DNA from: Gemmatimonadaceae bacterium
GTDB lineage: Bacteria; Gemmatimonadota; Gemmatimonadetes; Gemmatimonadales; Gemmatimonadaceae
Direction of reading: 5' to 3'
DNA: 64,000 nt
Assembly: GCA_045803545.1 (NCBI GenBank)
Contig: JBJMOW010000006.1
Location: forward strand, 198,296 to 262,295
Shown here: in pieces, positions 47,765-56,457 of the stretch
How positions within the stretch are numbered: position 1 is the stretch's first letter
Layout: each line of letters opens with the position of its first letter
Notes under the pieces: generated by a model
The model's database searches: none
What the model was told of the DNA's origin: nothing
Seen by the model: only the letters and a program-made list of their open reading frames with translations
Program-made: the position numbers and the translations under genes

Positions 47765-49839
47765 TGGACACCCTCAAGGTCTACCCGCCCCGCCCCATTG
47801 CTGATTCGACGGGCGGGACGCCGCGTGATTTCGCCGCTGAGCTAAACCCGCAACAGGCGGCCGCTGCAACGCATGGCGACGGGCCGCTCCTGATCATCGC
47901 CGGCGCGGGCACCGGCAAGACACGCACGCTCGTTTACCGCGTTGCACACCTGCTCGAGCGCGGCGTTCCCGCCGATAGGATTCTGCTGCTCACCTTCACT
48001 CGTCGCGCCGCACAAGAAATGTTGTCGCGCGCGGAACGTCTGGTCGGCAGCAACAGCAAGCGCGTCCACGGCGGAACGTTCCACGCAACATCACATCGAC
48101 TGCTACGTCGATACGGTCAGGCGGCTGGATTGCCCAAGGACTTCACGATCATGGATCAGGGCGATTCAGAAGATCTAATGCAGTTATCGCGCGCCCAGCT
48201 CGGCTACGCATCAAAAGGCAAGCGATTCCCCAAGAAGGAAACGCTGCAGTACGTCTACTCCCGGCATATCAATACCGGAGTCTCCGTCGAAGACATCGTC
48301 CGCGACTCTTATCCGCAGTTCGTCGATTATCTCGAGGACTTCGGAAAGATTTACGCCGATTACACTCGACGTAAAGCCGAGCGCAATCTCGTCGACTACG
48401 ACGACCTGCTGTTGTTCTGGGCGTTGATGCTCGAAGCGTCGCCGGAGCTGGGAAACAAGATCGCCGGCCTCTACGACCACGTGCTGGTCGACGAATACCA
48501 GGACACCAATGTTTTGCAGGCGCGCATCCTTCGCGGCATGTGCAAGACCCATAGCAACATCAGCGTAGTCGGTGACGACGCCCAGAGTATCTATTCCTTC
48601 CGCGGCGCAAACTTCCGGAACATCCTCGACTTCCCAAGGCAATTCCAGGGAGCAACGGTAGCCGCACTGGAACAGAACTATCGCTCGACGCAGCCGATTC
48701 TGAACGTCACCAACACCTTGATCTCGCGCGCCGCGGAGCGGTTCACCAAGAATCTCTTCACTGTGCGCACAGGTGGCGAGTTGCCATGGCTCGTTGCAGC
48801 ACGCGACGAGCAGCAGCAGACACAGTTCGTTGTCGACCGGATACTCGAGCTGCACGAAGAAGGAACTCCGCTCAACCACATCGCGGTCCTTTTCCGCGCC
48901 GGCTACATGTCGGCTGATCTCGAGATCGAGCTCACCAATCGCAAGATTCCGTTCGAGAAATGGGGCGGGCTCAAGTTCCTTGAAGCCGCGCACGTCAAGG
49001 ATGTTCTCGCATTTCTTAGAATTCTCGAGAATCCACGCGATGAAGTGAGCTGGTATCGCATTCTGTTGCTGTTGCCGGGAATCGGCGATGCAACCGCAAG
49101 GGCGGCGATCGAAACGATGGCAGCCGCTGCGTGGGAGTCCAATGCATTCGGTCGCTACAAAGCGCCGCCGCGGGCGCGCGTCGCTCATACCGCGCTCGTC
49201 GAGCTTCTCGACGGGCTTCGCTCTGCGCCGACGCTGGATCGTGCTCAAGTCGCAGCAGACATCACCCGCGTCCGATTGCTTTACGACAGCATCCTGCGCG
49301 AGCGCTACGATCGCGTCGAGCCGCGGTTAGCAGATCTTGACCAGCTCCAGGTGATCGCGGCTGGATATCCCGATCGCGCGTCATTCCTTTCTGCGTTGGC
49401 ACTCGAGCCTCCGCAGGCGACCCAGGATCTCCCGGGCGGAACGAAGGACGACGAGGATACGCTGGTCCTCAGCACCGCGCACTCTGCGAAAGGCAAAGAA
49501 TGGGACGCCGTCTTCGTCATCTGGGCAGTTGACGGCTGGTTTCCTTCGGCGCGCTGTCTCAATAGCGACGAAGAGACCGAAGAGGAGCGCCGACTCATGT
49601 ACGTCGCGCTTACCCGCGCAAAGAATCATCTGAGCGTGACCTATCCGCTCAATGCCTACTCCTCGCGTCGAGGCGCTGAGTATTCGATCGATCAGCTGTG
49701 TCGCTTCATCGATCGCGGCGTCCGCGACAACATGCAGCGCGTGGCAATCAGCGGCGATAACGCTTCAGTCTTGCAGGATGAACCGAGGAAAGCGCCGCTC
49801 ATGGATCTGAGAGCTTTGTTGCGCGGCAGGTTCGGGTAA
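47764..49839 (+). CDS. UvrD/PcrA-family SF1 ATP-dependent DNA helicase
   Basis: 'LNPQQ','AGAGTGKT','TFTRRAA','VDEYQDTN','GDDAQSIYSFRGA','LEQNYRS','HSAKGKEW','EERRLMYVALTRA'; TGATG overlap with lipB. Confidence 0.94.
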   Translation: MDTLKVYPPRPIADSTGGTPRDFAAELNPQQAAAATHGDGPLLIIAGAGTGKTRTLVYRVAHLLERGVPADRILLLTFTRRAAQEMLSRAERLVGSNSKRVHGGTFHATSHRLLRRYGQAAGLPKDFTIMDQGDSEDLMQLSRAQLGYASKGKRFPKKETLQYVYSRHINTGVSVEDIVRDSYPQFVDYLEDFGKIYADYTRRKAERNLVDYDDLLLFWALMLEASPELGNKIAGLYDHVLVDEYQDTNVLQARILRGMCKTHSNISVVGDDAQSIYSFRGANFRNILDFPRQFQGATVAALEQNYRSTQPILNVTNTLISRAAERFTKNLFTVRTGGELPWLVAARDEQQQTQFVVDRILELHEEGTPLNHIAVLFRAGYMSADLEIELTNRKIPFEKWGGLKFLEAAHVKDVLAFLRILENPRDEVSWYRILLLLPGIGDATARAAIETMAAAAWESNAFGRYKAPPRARVAHTALVELLDGLRSAPTLDRAQVAADITRVRLLYDSILRERYDRVEPRLADLDQLQVIAAGYPDRASFLSALALEPPQATQDLPGGTKDDEDTLVLSTAHSAKGKEWDAVFVIWAVDGWFPSARCLNSDEETEEERRLMYVALTRAKNHLSVTYPLNAYSSRRGAEYSIDQLCRFIDRGVRDNMQRVAISGDNASVLQDEPRKAPLMDLRALLRGRFG

Positions 49840-49948
49840 GCGGTAGATAAGCGAACACGGCGCACGTCGCGCCGGAGCGCTCATTGCCGCTCGCCGCCCG
49901 CGCAGTGTCTGCTACCCCTGATACAGACCTTCTCGTCGCGTTACGCTC

Positions 49949-49976
49949 TTGACGCAGACCGCGGAGTGCCTAGACT
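49949..49976 (+). promoter_or_regulatory. Sigma70-type promoter TTGACG-N16-TAGACT
   Basis: -35 at 49949-49954, -10 at 49971-49976; predicted TSS near 49983. Confidence 0.6.
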
Positions 49977-49982
49977 GCATCC

Positions 49983-50123
49983 GGCAACAGCGGGTCTGCT
50001 ACCTCTTCGCACCGCGAAGGTTGGGACCAGCCGCGTACGCTCCGCTGCGTCATCCAACGAGCGGGCGTGAGTGGTGTGGCCCCTGGCACCAGACCCGCTT
50101 GCAACCGATATCCGGTCAGCGGG
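49983..50123 (+). ncRNA. Candidate structured leader RNA / sRNA upstream of susC
   Basis: AGCGGGTCTG (49989-98) pairs with CAGACCCGCT (50090-99), enclosing two hairpins; alternative pairing with AGCGGG at 50118-23; folded by eye only. Confidence 0.45.
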
Positions 50124-50284
50124 AGGCAGCATCTTCGCGACAACAAAATCTCCTCGAGCGCCCGCGAACCGGCAAAAACTTCTTCGCCTTTCCCGGCGCG
50201 TACCTCCGCGCCGCTCAGGGCGTCGGCTGCACTACGGCACGTCGACGCGATATTCACTGTCTGCGAGGCAGTAATGGAGGAAGT

Positions 50285-53200
50285 ATGTACGATGGGCTGG
50301 TTCGACGTTTGGCGCGCATCGCCGCGATCACCGTTGCGCTACTAACGGTATCGGCGATCCCCGCGCGTTCCCAGGATGCCGGAACTATCACCGGCGTAGT
50401 ATTGGAGGCGTCTTCACGCACGCCAATACCGCAAGCACAAATTCAACTCGTGGGCACCACGAGGGGAACGGTCGCTGGCGACGATGGACGATTCCGACTC
50501 GGAGGAGTGAGGCCGGGCACATACCAGATTCGCGCCCTGCGACTCGGCTATCAGGGCACTGCACAAACGGTGACGGTCACCGAAGGCGGCACGGTCGACG
50601 TTTCGTTCGCGTTGAATCAGGCGGCGATAAGCCTGCAGGAAGTAGTGACGACGGCGACCGGTGAACAGGAGCGCAAGCTCGAGATCGGATCGGCAGTTGC
50701 CACCCTCGCTCCCAAAGTCGAGGAAGTCGCCAGCGCGCAGTCGGTCAGCCAACTGCTCACCGGAAAAGTGGCGAGTGTAGACGTCGCGCAGGCCGGTGGT
50801 ACGGTCGGAGGCGGCTCTCGCATCCGCATTCGCGGAGCGAATTCGATCTCGCTTGGCAACGAACCGCTGATCATCATCGACGGAATCAAGTTCAACAACA
50901 GCATTGGCGTCGATGTCACCACTGGTGCCAGTACGATCGATGTCGGTGGACAAGTCCCTTCGCGCTTCAATGACATCAACCCCGAGGATATCGAATCGAT
51001 TCAGGTGTTGAAGGGACCGGCCGCCGCAGCGCAGTATGGCACCGCAGCCGCGAACGGCGTGCTCCAGATCACGACCAAACGTGGACGCTCCGGCAAGCCG
51101 CAGTGGAGCGCATACGCAGAAGGTGGCCGGATCAAGGACGTCACCACATATCCGGCGAACTTTGCTCAGACCGGCGTCAGGCCGAGCGGCCGAACCACTG
51201 GCTTCTGTGATCTGGATAGTCAAACGCTGGGCTTGTGCACACCGACCGGCGCCATCGCGTCATTCAATCCGCTCGTTGCTTATAGCCCGTTCATCGAGGG
51301 CCATCGCGGCGCCTACGGTGCCAGTGTCACCGGTGGCAACGACGCCATCACGTATTATCTATCCGGCAACTTCGATAGGCAGCAGGGCGTTTTCGAGGTC
51401 AACACCGATAGTCGTGCGGGCGGCCGAGCTAACCTTTCGGTTCAGCTGCGCGATAACTGGAACGTGCAGCTTGGCACGTCCTACCTGGCCGATCACCTGC
51501 GCCTGCCACAGAACGACAACAACATCCTCGGCATTCTCCCCGGTGGCTTATTGGGCGGCACCGCAGACGATCCCGTCGCCCACGGTTATCTCGCCGGCCA
51601 GACCCCGCAGGAAATCTTCGCCATCAACACGCGACAGGATGTGCAGCGTTTCGAAAACTCGATCAATACTTCGTACCAGCCACTCTCCTGGCTGACTGCA
51701 ACCGGAGTTGCGGGGCTCGATTACCTGAATCGATACGACAACGAGCTGGTGCCGCCTAACTCTGTGTTCTTTGGCGACCTGCCAGAAGGCAATCGGCAAT
51801 CCAACCCGTATTCCATCTACAACTACACGGCGAACGGCACACTCTCGGCAGCGTTCAATCCATTCTCTAGCTTGAAATCCACTACGAAAATCAGTGGCCT
51901 TTTCAGCAAGGAACTGATTCGCGGCACGCGCGCATTCGGCGCGGTGTTGCTCGGCGGCACGGGCTCCCTGCAAGGAGCGACGGCGCGTTTCGCAGTCGGC
52001 GAAACCAACACCGACAACAAGACCGTCAGCGGGCTAATCAGGGAAGATCTGGCGTTCCAGGACCGGCTGTTCTTCAGTGCCGCATTGCGAAACGACAAGA
52101 ACAGCGCGTTCGGCCAGAACTTCGGGAGCATCAATTACCCGTCGTTTACCGTGTCGTGGGTCGTGGACCAGGAACAATTCTTTCCGAAGAATCAATGGTT
52201 CAGCTCACTACGACTTCGCGCGGCAAACGGGCGCTCGGGCCAGAAACCGAACTTCCGCGACGCAATCACGTTCTTCAACGCCCAGACCGTCACCGTCAAT
52301 TCCACCGACGTGCCAGGCATCACGGTGGGAGGAACGGGCAACATCGATCTTCGCCCGGAACGGTCGAGAGAGACCGAACTCGGTTTTGATGCCGGCTTCT
52401 TCGGCGAGCGACTTGGCTTCGAGGTCACTCATTACAACAAACGCACCGATGATTTGCTGATCGCAGTCCCACTTGCCCCGACGCTGGGATTGACCTCGAC
52501 CCAGTTCAAGAACCTGGGATCGGTCAGCAACAAGGGTTGGGAATTTGTCACCAACGCGCGCGTGGTCGACATCGATCCACTCCAGTTTAACGTCAACCTC
52601 GCCGCGTCGACTAATGACAACAAGCTGTTGTCGCTGGGCGAGATCAGCCCGGGCAATGCGGTACCGGCGATCGTATTCGGCAATCAGCAGCACCGGGTCG
52701 GATATCCGCTCGGTGGCTATTGGGGGCGGAGCTTCACCTTCCATGATGACAACGGCGACCACATCATTGCCGAGTCCGAGCTGGCTGTCTCAGACACCGA
52801 CGTTTATCTCGGCAATCCTTTGCCGAAAAACCAGCTTTCGGTGTCCCCGGATCTCACGCTGTTCAAAGTGCTGCGCATCTCGGCGCTGATCGATCACAAG
52901 GGCGGCTATCGGTTGTTCGACTTCACTCGCCGTTTCCGTTGCGCGTTTGGAGTATGCGAGGAGGCATTCAACAAGGATGCGCCGTTGTACGATCAAGCGG
53001 CGAATCTCGCGATCAACTTCGGAACCGATGCCGGTTACGTAGAGGATGCGGCGTTCACGAAACTCCGTGAGCTCGCATTCACCTTTATTGCGCCGGAAGG
53101 CTTTAAACGCTTCCTCGGTGGGCGTGGCGCTCAGTTCACCATAGCGGGGAGAAATCTCCACACCTGGACGAAGTACAAGGGCTTCGATCCGGAAAGCAAT

Positions 53201-53290
53201 TCGACGCCGGGTGGCAATTTCAGCACGCTCGATTTCCTGACGCTGCCACCGACGCGATCGTGGACGGCCCGTCTAAGCCTGAACTTCTAA
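50285..53290 (+). CDS. SusC/RagA family TonB-dependent outer membrane transporter
   Basis: CarboxypepD_reg-like N-terminal domain, TonB-box-like 'LQEVVTTA', plug 'IRIRGANS..NEPLIIIDG','DINPEDIESIQVLKGPAAAAQYGTAAANGV','GNIDLRPE', C-terminal F; GGAGG SD before ATG 50285. Confidence 0.95.
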   Translation: MYDGLVRRLARIAAITVALLTVSAIPARSQDAGTITGVVLEASSRTPIPQAQIQLVGTTRGTVAGDDGRFRLGGVRPGTYQIRALRLGYQGTAQTVTVTEGGTVDVSFALNQAAISLQEVVTTATGEQERKLEIGSAVATLAPKVEEVASAQSVSQLLTGKVASVDVAQAGGTVGGGSRIRIRGANSISLGNEPLIIIDGIKFNNSIGVDVTTGASTIDVGGQVPSRFNDINPEDIESIQVLKGPAAAAQYGTAAANGVLQITTKRGRSGKPQWSAYAEGGRIKDVTTYPANFAQTGVRPSGRTTGFCDLDSQTLGLCTPTGAIASFNPLVAYSPFIEGHRGAYGASVTGGNDAITYYLSGNFDRQQGVFEVNTDSRAGGRANLSVQLRDNWNVQLGTSYLADHLRLPQNDNNILGILPGGLLGGTADDPVAHGYLAGQTPQEIFAINTRQDVQRFENSINTSYQPLSWLTATGVAGLDYLNRYDNELVPPNSVFFGDLPEGNRQSNPYSIYNYTANGTLSAAFNPFSSLKSTTKISGLFSKELIRGTRAFGAVLLGGTGSLQGATARFAVGETNTDNKTVSGLIREDLAFQDRLFFSAALRNDKNSAFGQNFGSINYPSFTVSWVVDQEQFFPKNQWFSSLRLRAANGRSGQKPNFRDAITFFNAQTVTVNSTDVPGITVGGTGNIDLRPERSRETELGFDAGFFGERLGFEVTHYNKRTDDLLIAVPLAPTLGLTSTQFKNLGSVSNKGWEFVTNARVVDIDPLQFNVNLAASTNDNKLLSLGEISPGNAVPAIVFGNQQHRVGYPLGGYWGRSFTFHDDNGDHIIAESELAVSDTDVYLGNPLPKNQLSVSPDLTLFKVLRISALIDHKGGYRLFDFTRRFRCAFGVCEEAFNKDAPLYDQAANLAINFGTDAGYVEDAAFTKLRELAFTFIAPEGFKRFLGGRGAQFTIAGRNLHTWTKYKGFDPESNSTPGGNFSTLDFLTLPPTRSWTARLSLNF

Positions 53291-54744
53291 TGCCCACCTC
53301 TTACAACGAGATAAAATCAATGCTGCTCAAATACGATTTACGCCGCAGAGCGACGCTGGCGTATCTGGCAGCCGCGGGGCTCGCTGTGGGCCTGGTGGCT
53401 TGCAATACAGACAAGATCCTGAAAGTGACTGACCCGGACGTTGCGCTTCCCGGCGCGTTGCAGGGAATAAGCTCTCTGCCAACGTTGCGCGCTGGCGCAA
53501 TCGGAAACTTTGGCGTCGCGTATAACGGCGACCAATCCGTGTCCGACGAGGAGCAAGTCGATCTCTCCGGCCTCCTGGCGGACGAGTTCATCAACACGGA
53601 AACGTACCCGACGCGTATCGAAATCGATCAGCGCGCACAACAAATCACGAACGGTAGCCTGCTCGGAACGTTCTTCGACCTCACCCGTGCACGAGCGTCA
53701 ACAGAGCTTGCGATTCGGAACTTCGAATCGCTGGCGAAAACCGCCAGCGACAGCGCCGGTTATCCGGAATTGCTGGCGCTCAACGGCCTGACGTACGTGT
53801 TCTTCGCCGAGAACTATTGCGGTGCGGTCCCGGTCAGCACTCAGAACGAGGATGGGTCCTTCACGTTCGGCGCGCCGGAGAACACGAACACACTCCTGGA
53901 CAGTGCGATCTCCAAAGCGACCAAAGCGCTTGCCGTCACTGGAGACCCGCTGACCGACGAGTTCAAGTACCTAGCTCAGATTACGAAGGGCCGCGCACTT
54001 CTCGATCAGGGCAACTACGCGCAAGCAGCCGCGGCTGTGGCTGGTGTGCCGACCACTTTCCAGTACAACTATCAACACTCATCGACGACCTCGCGCCAGA
54101 ACAATGGCACGTGGGGCCTCACGGTAAGTGTGGGGCGGTTCGGCCAAGCGGATGTCGAGGGAGGAAACGGTCTTCCGTTTCAGTCCGATGGCGATCTCCA
54201 GGCTCGCGGACCGCTCGCTGATCCACGCGTAGCTGACACTGTGGCAAATCGAGGCGGTGACGACACCGGTTTCGATGGCGCTACGCAACAGTGGATTCAG
54301 ATGAAGTATCCCGATCGCGCCTCTTCGATAACCGTTGCCGACGGGGTCGAAGCAAGGCTGATCGAGGCCGAGGCTGCCCTGCATGCCGGAGATCCGCCAG
54401 GAGCGCTGAACATCCTCAACGCTTTGCGAAGCAACGCGACTCTACTGGCCTTGCGCGGCTATCCTGCCAATTCGCTGCCTCCGCTCACGCCGCAGGTGGG
54501 AACAGCGGCGCAAGTCGACCAGCTGTTCAAGGAACGCGCATACTGGTTGTTCCTCACGTCGCATCGACTGGGCGATCTGCGTCGATTGATTCGCCAGTAT
54601 GGCAGATCGGCGGAAGCGGTGTTTCCGACCGGGGCGTATTTCAAAGGCGGAAACTACGGTACGGATGTAAACTCGCCGGTCCCGCAACAGGAGCAGAACA
54701 ACCCGCTGTACGTTCCCGGCGCCTGTCACACCAACGAAGCATAA
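53290..54744 (+). CDS. SusD/RagB-like lipoprotein (start 53290 or 53320)
   Basis: Lipobox 'LVAC','EARLIEAEAAL','LNALR','ERAYWLFLTSHRLGDLRR','PQQEQNNP'; follows susC. Confidence 0.88.
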   Translation: MPTSYNEIKSMLLKYDLRRRATLAYLAAAGLAVGLVACNTDKILKVTDPDVALPGALQGISSLPTLRAGAIGNFGVAYNGDQSVSDEEQVDLSGLLADEFINTETYPTRIEIDQRAQQITNGSLLGTFFDLTRARASTELAIRNFESLAKTASDSAGYPELLALNGLTYVFFAENYCGAVPVSTQNEDGSFTFGAPENTNTLLDSAISKATKALAVTGDPLTDEFKYLAQITKGRALLDQGNYAQAAAAVAGVPTTFQYNYQHSSTTSRQNNGTWGLTVSVGRFGQADVEGGNGLPFQSDGDLQARGPLADPRVADTVANRGGDDTGFDGATQQWIQMKYPDRASSITVADGVEARLIEAEAALHAGDPPGALNILNALRSNATLLALRGYPANSLPPLTPQVGTAAQVDQLFKERAYWLFLTSHRLGDLRRLIRQYGRSAEAVFPTGAYFKGGNYGTDVNSPVPQQEQNNPLYVPGACHTNEA

Positions 54745-54757
54745 GGGAAGAAATGAG

Positions 54758-54793
54758 AAACCCGCCGGGTGCAGCCCGCCGGCGGGTTTTTTT
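54758..54793 (+). terminator. Rho-independent terminator after susD
   Basis: AAACCCGCCGG...CCGGCGGGTTT stem ending in a T7 run. Confidence 0.85.
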
Positions 54794-54824
54794 CTGGCAG
54801 TCAACGCCTCGAGTACCCGCGAAA

Positions 54825-55268
54825 TCAGTTCTGCGATGCTTCCCAGGTATGAATGTAGATTACGCCCGCGCCTGCATTTGTGCCCTGCGACACCGTGCCA
54901 CCAATACCGCTTAGCAGTTCGACGCTTTGTATCGACTCGGTCGGCAAGTCGCGGAGAACTCCAAGGTCTGTGAGTCGGGCGCCGTCGATGATGATGAGCG
55001 GTACGTCAGCGCTCGCAACGTTAATGGTGCTGCGGCCTCTGCGCGTGCGGACAGCGCGTGGCCGACCGTACTGATCTTCCGAGAATTCGTACTGTCTCGC
55101 GCGACTACGCAGCAAATCCCAGGCGTTGGTCGAGGCGGAACGGGCTATTTCGTCGGAGCTGATTACGCCGAACTGAGCATTATCGTGCGGTGAGCGCCAC
55201 GATGGCGCGCACGCGCTGGTCAACGTGAGAACCAGAACGAAGCCGACGTACCAACCAATCCTGCTCAT
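54825..55268 (-). CDS. Stand-alone TonB-dependent receptor plug-domain lipoprotein
   Basis: Lipobox 'TSAC','ISSDEI...NAWDLL','PLIIIDG','SIQSVELL','GAGVIYIHT'; no barrel. Confidence 0.75.
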   Translation of the reverse strand: MSRIGWYVGFVLVLTLTSACAPSWRSPHDNAQFGVISSDEIARSASTNAWDLLRSRARQYEFSEDQYGRPRAVRTRRGRSTINVASADVPLIIIDGARLTDLGVLRDLPTESIQSVELLSGIGGTVSQGTNAGAGVIYIHTWEASQN

Positions 55269-55372
55269 GGGATCCTCGCACTCCCGGATCTAACGGCAAG
55301 GTACTGCCGTACACAGGAATCTGCCATTGCATACTTCCGCGGTCGACAGGGAACCGTCGGCCAATGGGCGAT

Positions 55373-56446
55373 CTAGCCGTGCGGGCTGCCGGAGGCGGCA
55401 ACCCAGTTTCGCAGCGCATTGAAGGGGTTGTCCTTACCCGCTTTGGCAAGTGAGATAACCCGTCCGATCGCGCGTCTCAGGTCACGACCTTCCTTCTCGT
55501 ACACCCGATCGAAAATGTCGAGATCGGTTGCGTACACACGTCGCGCGAGCAAAGCTGCATTGTTGAGGGTCACACGCTGGGCGTAGATCGGATTGATCGT
55601 CTTGAATTGCGGAGCAATCTCGGTGACGAGTGCGACCCGCGTTCGCGCATACACGCTGTCACGCGCCTCGATGCGCGCCGCTTTGCTTTCCGGATGCGCA
55701 GCGTATGCTGAATCGAGCGAGCGAATTACGCGCGACCAAAAGCTGGCGAGCAGCTTGTCGTCTTCCCATTCGTCCTCGACGCGCCGCGCCGCAGCTTCCT
55801 GACCGCGCGATCTGAAAAAAGCCGCAGCGCCTCGTGCCCCCACGAACATTGCAAACGATTCGTTGAACGGCGCCTGCCCGGCTGCATAGAAGGTGTTGTG
55901 GGTTACCTCGTGGATGACGGTGTTGGCGAGGGTCAGCGAGTCGGCGCGAAGTGTAGTGTTGAGCAGTGGGTCATTGAAGAACCCCAGTGTGCTGAACGCG
56001 TCCGACGGTCGCACGTACACGTCGAAGCCCTCGTCGTAGAGTTTCTTCGAATCCCGCTGGGCGGCGGCGAAGTCGAAGTACCCTTTATAGGGAACGGTTC
56101 CGACGATCGGAAACCACCACGTGTATGGCTTCAGCGTATCGCGGTAGGCTGCCGAGACCACCAGCACGAGTGTGTCATGATCGAGGCGCGAGTATGTCGT
56201 GAAACTGTCTTTAGTTCTGAGCTTAAGGCTGTCTCTTGCGTACTCGCGGGCCGCCAGAACCACTTTTAACTTCTCCCGGACGGCCGTCGGCGTCGCCGGC
56301 GACCGAATCACCTCGGGAATCGGCTCGCGCCGACGCAGAATCTTCGCCTCTTCCCATGCGCCACGACTGAGGTAACAGGCTGTGGGAGCAGAAATTAGCC
56401 ACAGCACGCCAAGTGCGGCCGCTATCGCCACCAATCCCCGTCGCAT
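55373..56446 (-). CDS. Putative zinc aminopeptidase (DUF2265-type)
   Basis: Gluzincin 'IHEVTH' plus 'FNESFA','WWFPIVGTVPYKGYF','AFSTLGFFNDP'. Confidence 0.85.
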   Translation of the reverse strand: MRRGLVAIAAALGVLWLISAPTACYLSRGAWEEAKILRRREPIPEVIRSPATPTAVREKLKVVLAAREYARDSLKLRTKDSFTTYSRLDHDTLVLVVSAAYRDTLKPYTWWFPIVGTVPYKGYFDFAAAQRDSKKLYDEGFDVYVRPSDAFSTLGFFNDPLLNTTLRADSLTLANTVIHEVTHNTFYAAGQAPFNESFAMFVGARGAAAFFRSRGQEAAARRVEDEWEDDKLLASFWSRVIRSLDSAYAAHPESKAARIEARDSVYARTRVALVTEIAPQFKTINPIYAQRVTLNNAALLARRVYATDLDIFDRVYEKEGRDLRRAIGRVISLAKAGKDNPFNALRNWVAASGSPHG

Positions 56447-56457
56447 TATCTTACCAC

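Noticed and set aside
50084..50103. Sigma54 promoter TGGCAC...TTGCA
   Set aside because: GG-to-GC spacing to the TTGC is 14 nt rather than 10; the correctly spaced GC lacks the preceding TT
50111..50133. SRP (4.5S) RNA-like 'CCGGTCAG...GCAGC'
   Set aside because: Lacks the CAGG..CCGGAAGG.AGCA domain IV with its GGAA tetraloop
49949..50284. 112-aa N-terminal extension of SusC (and the 7256-7324 extension of the subunit-3 gene)
   Set aside because: In both cases the called TTG is the start of a -35 box; downstream ATGs give proper signal peptides
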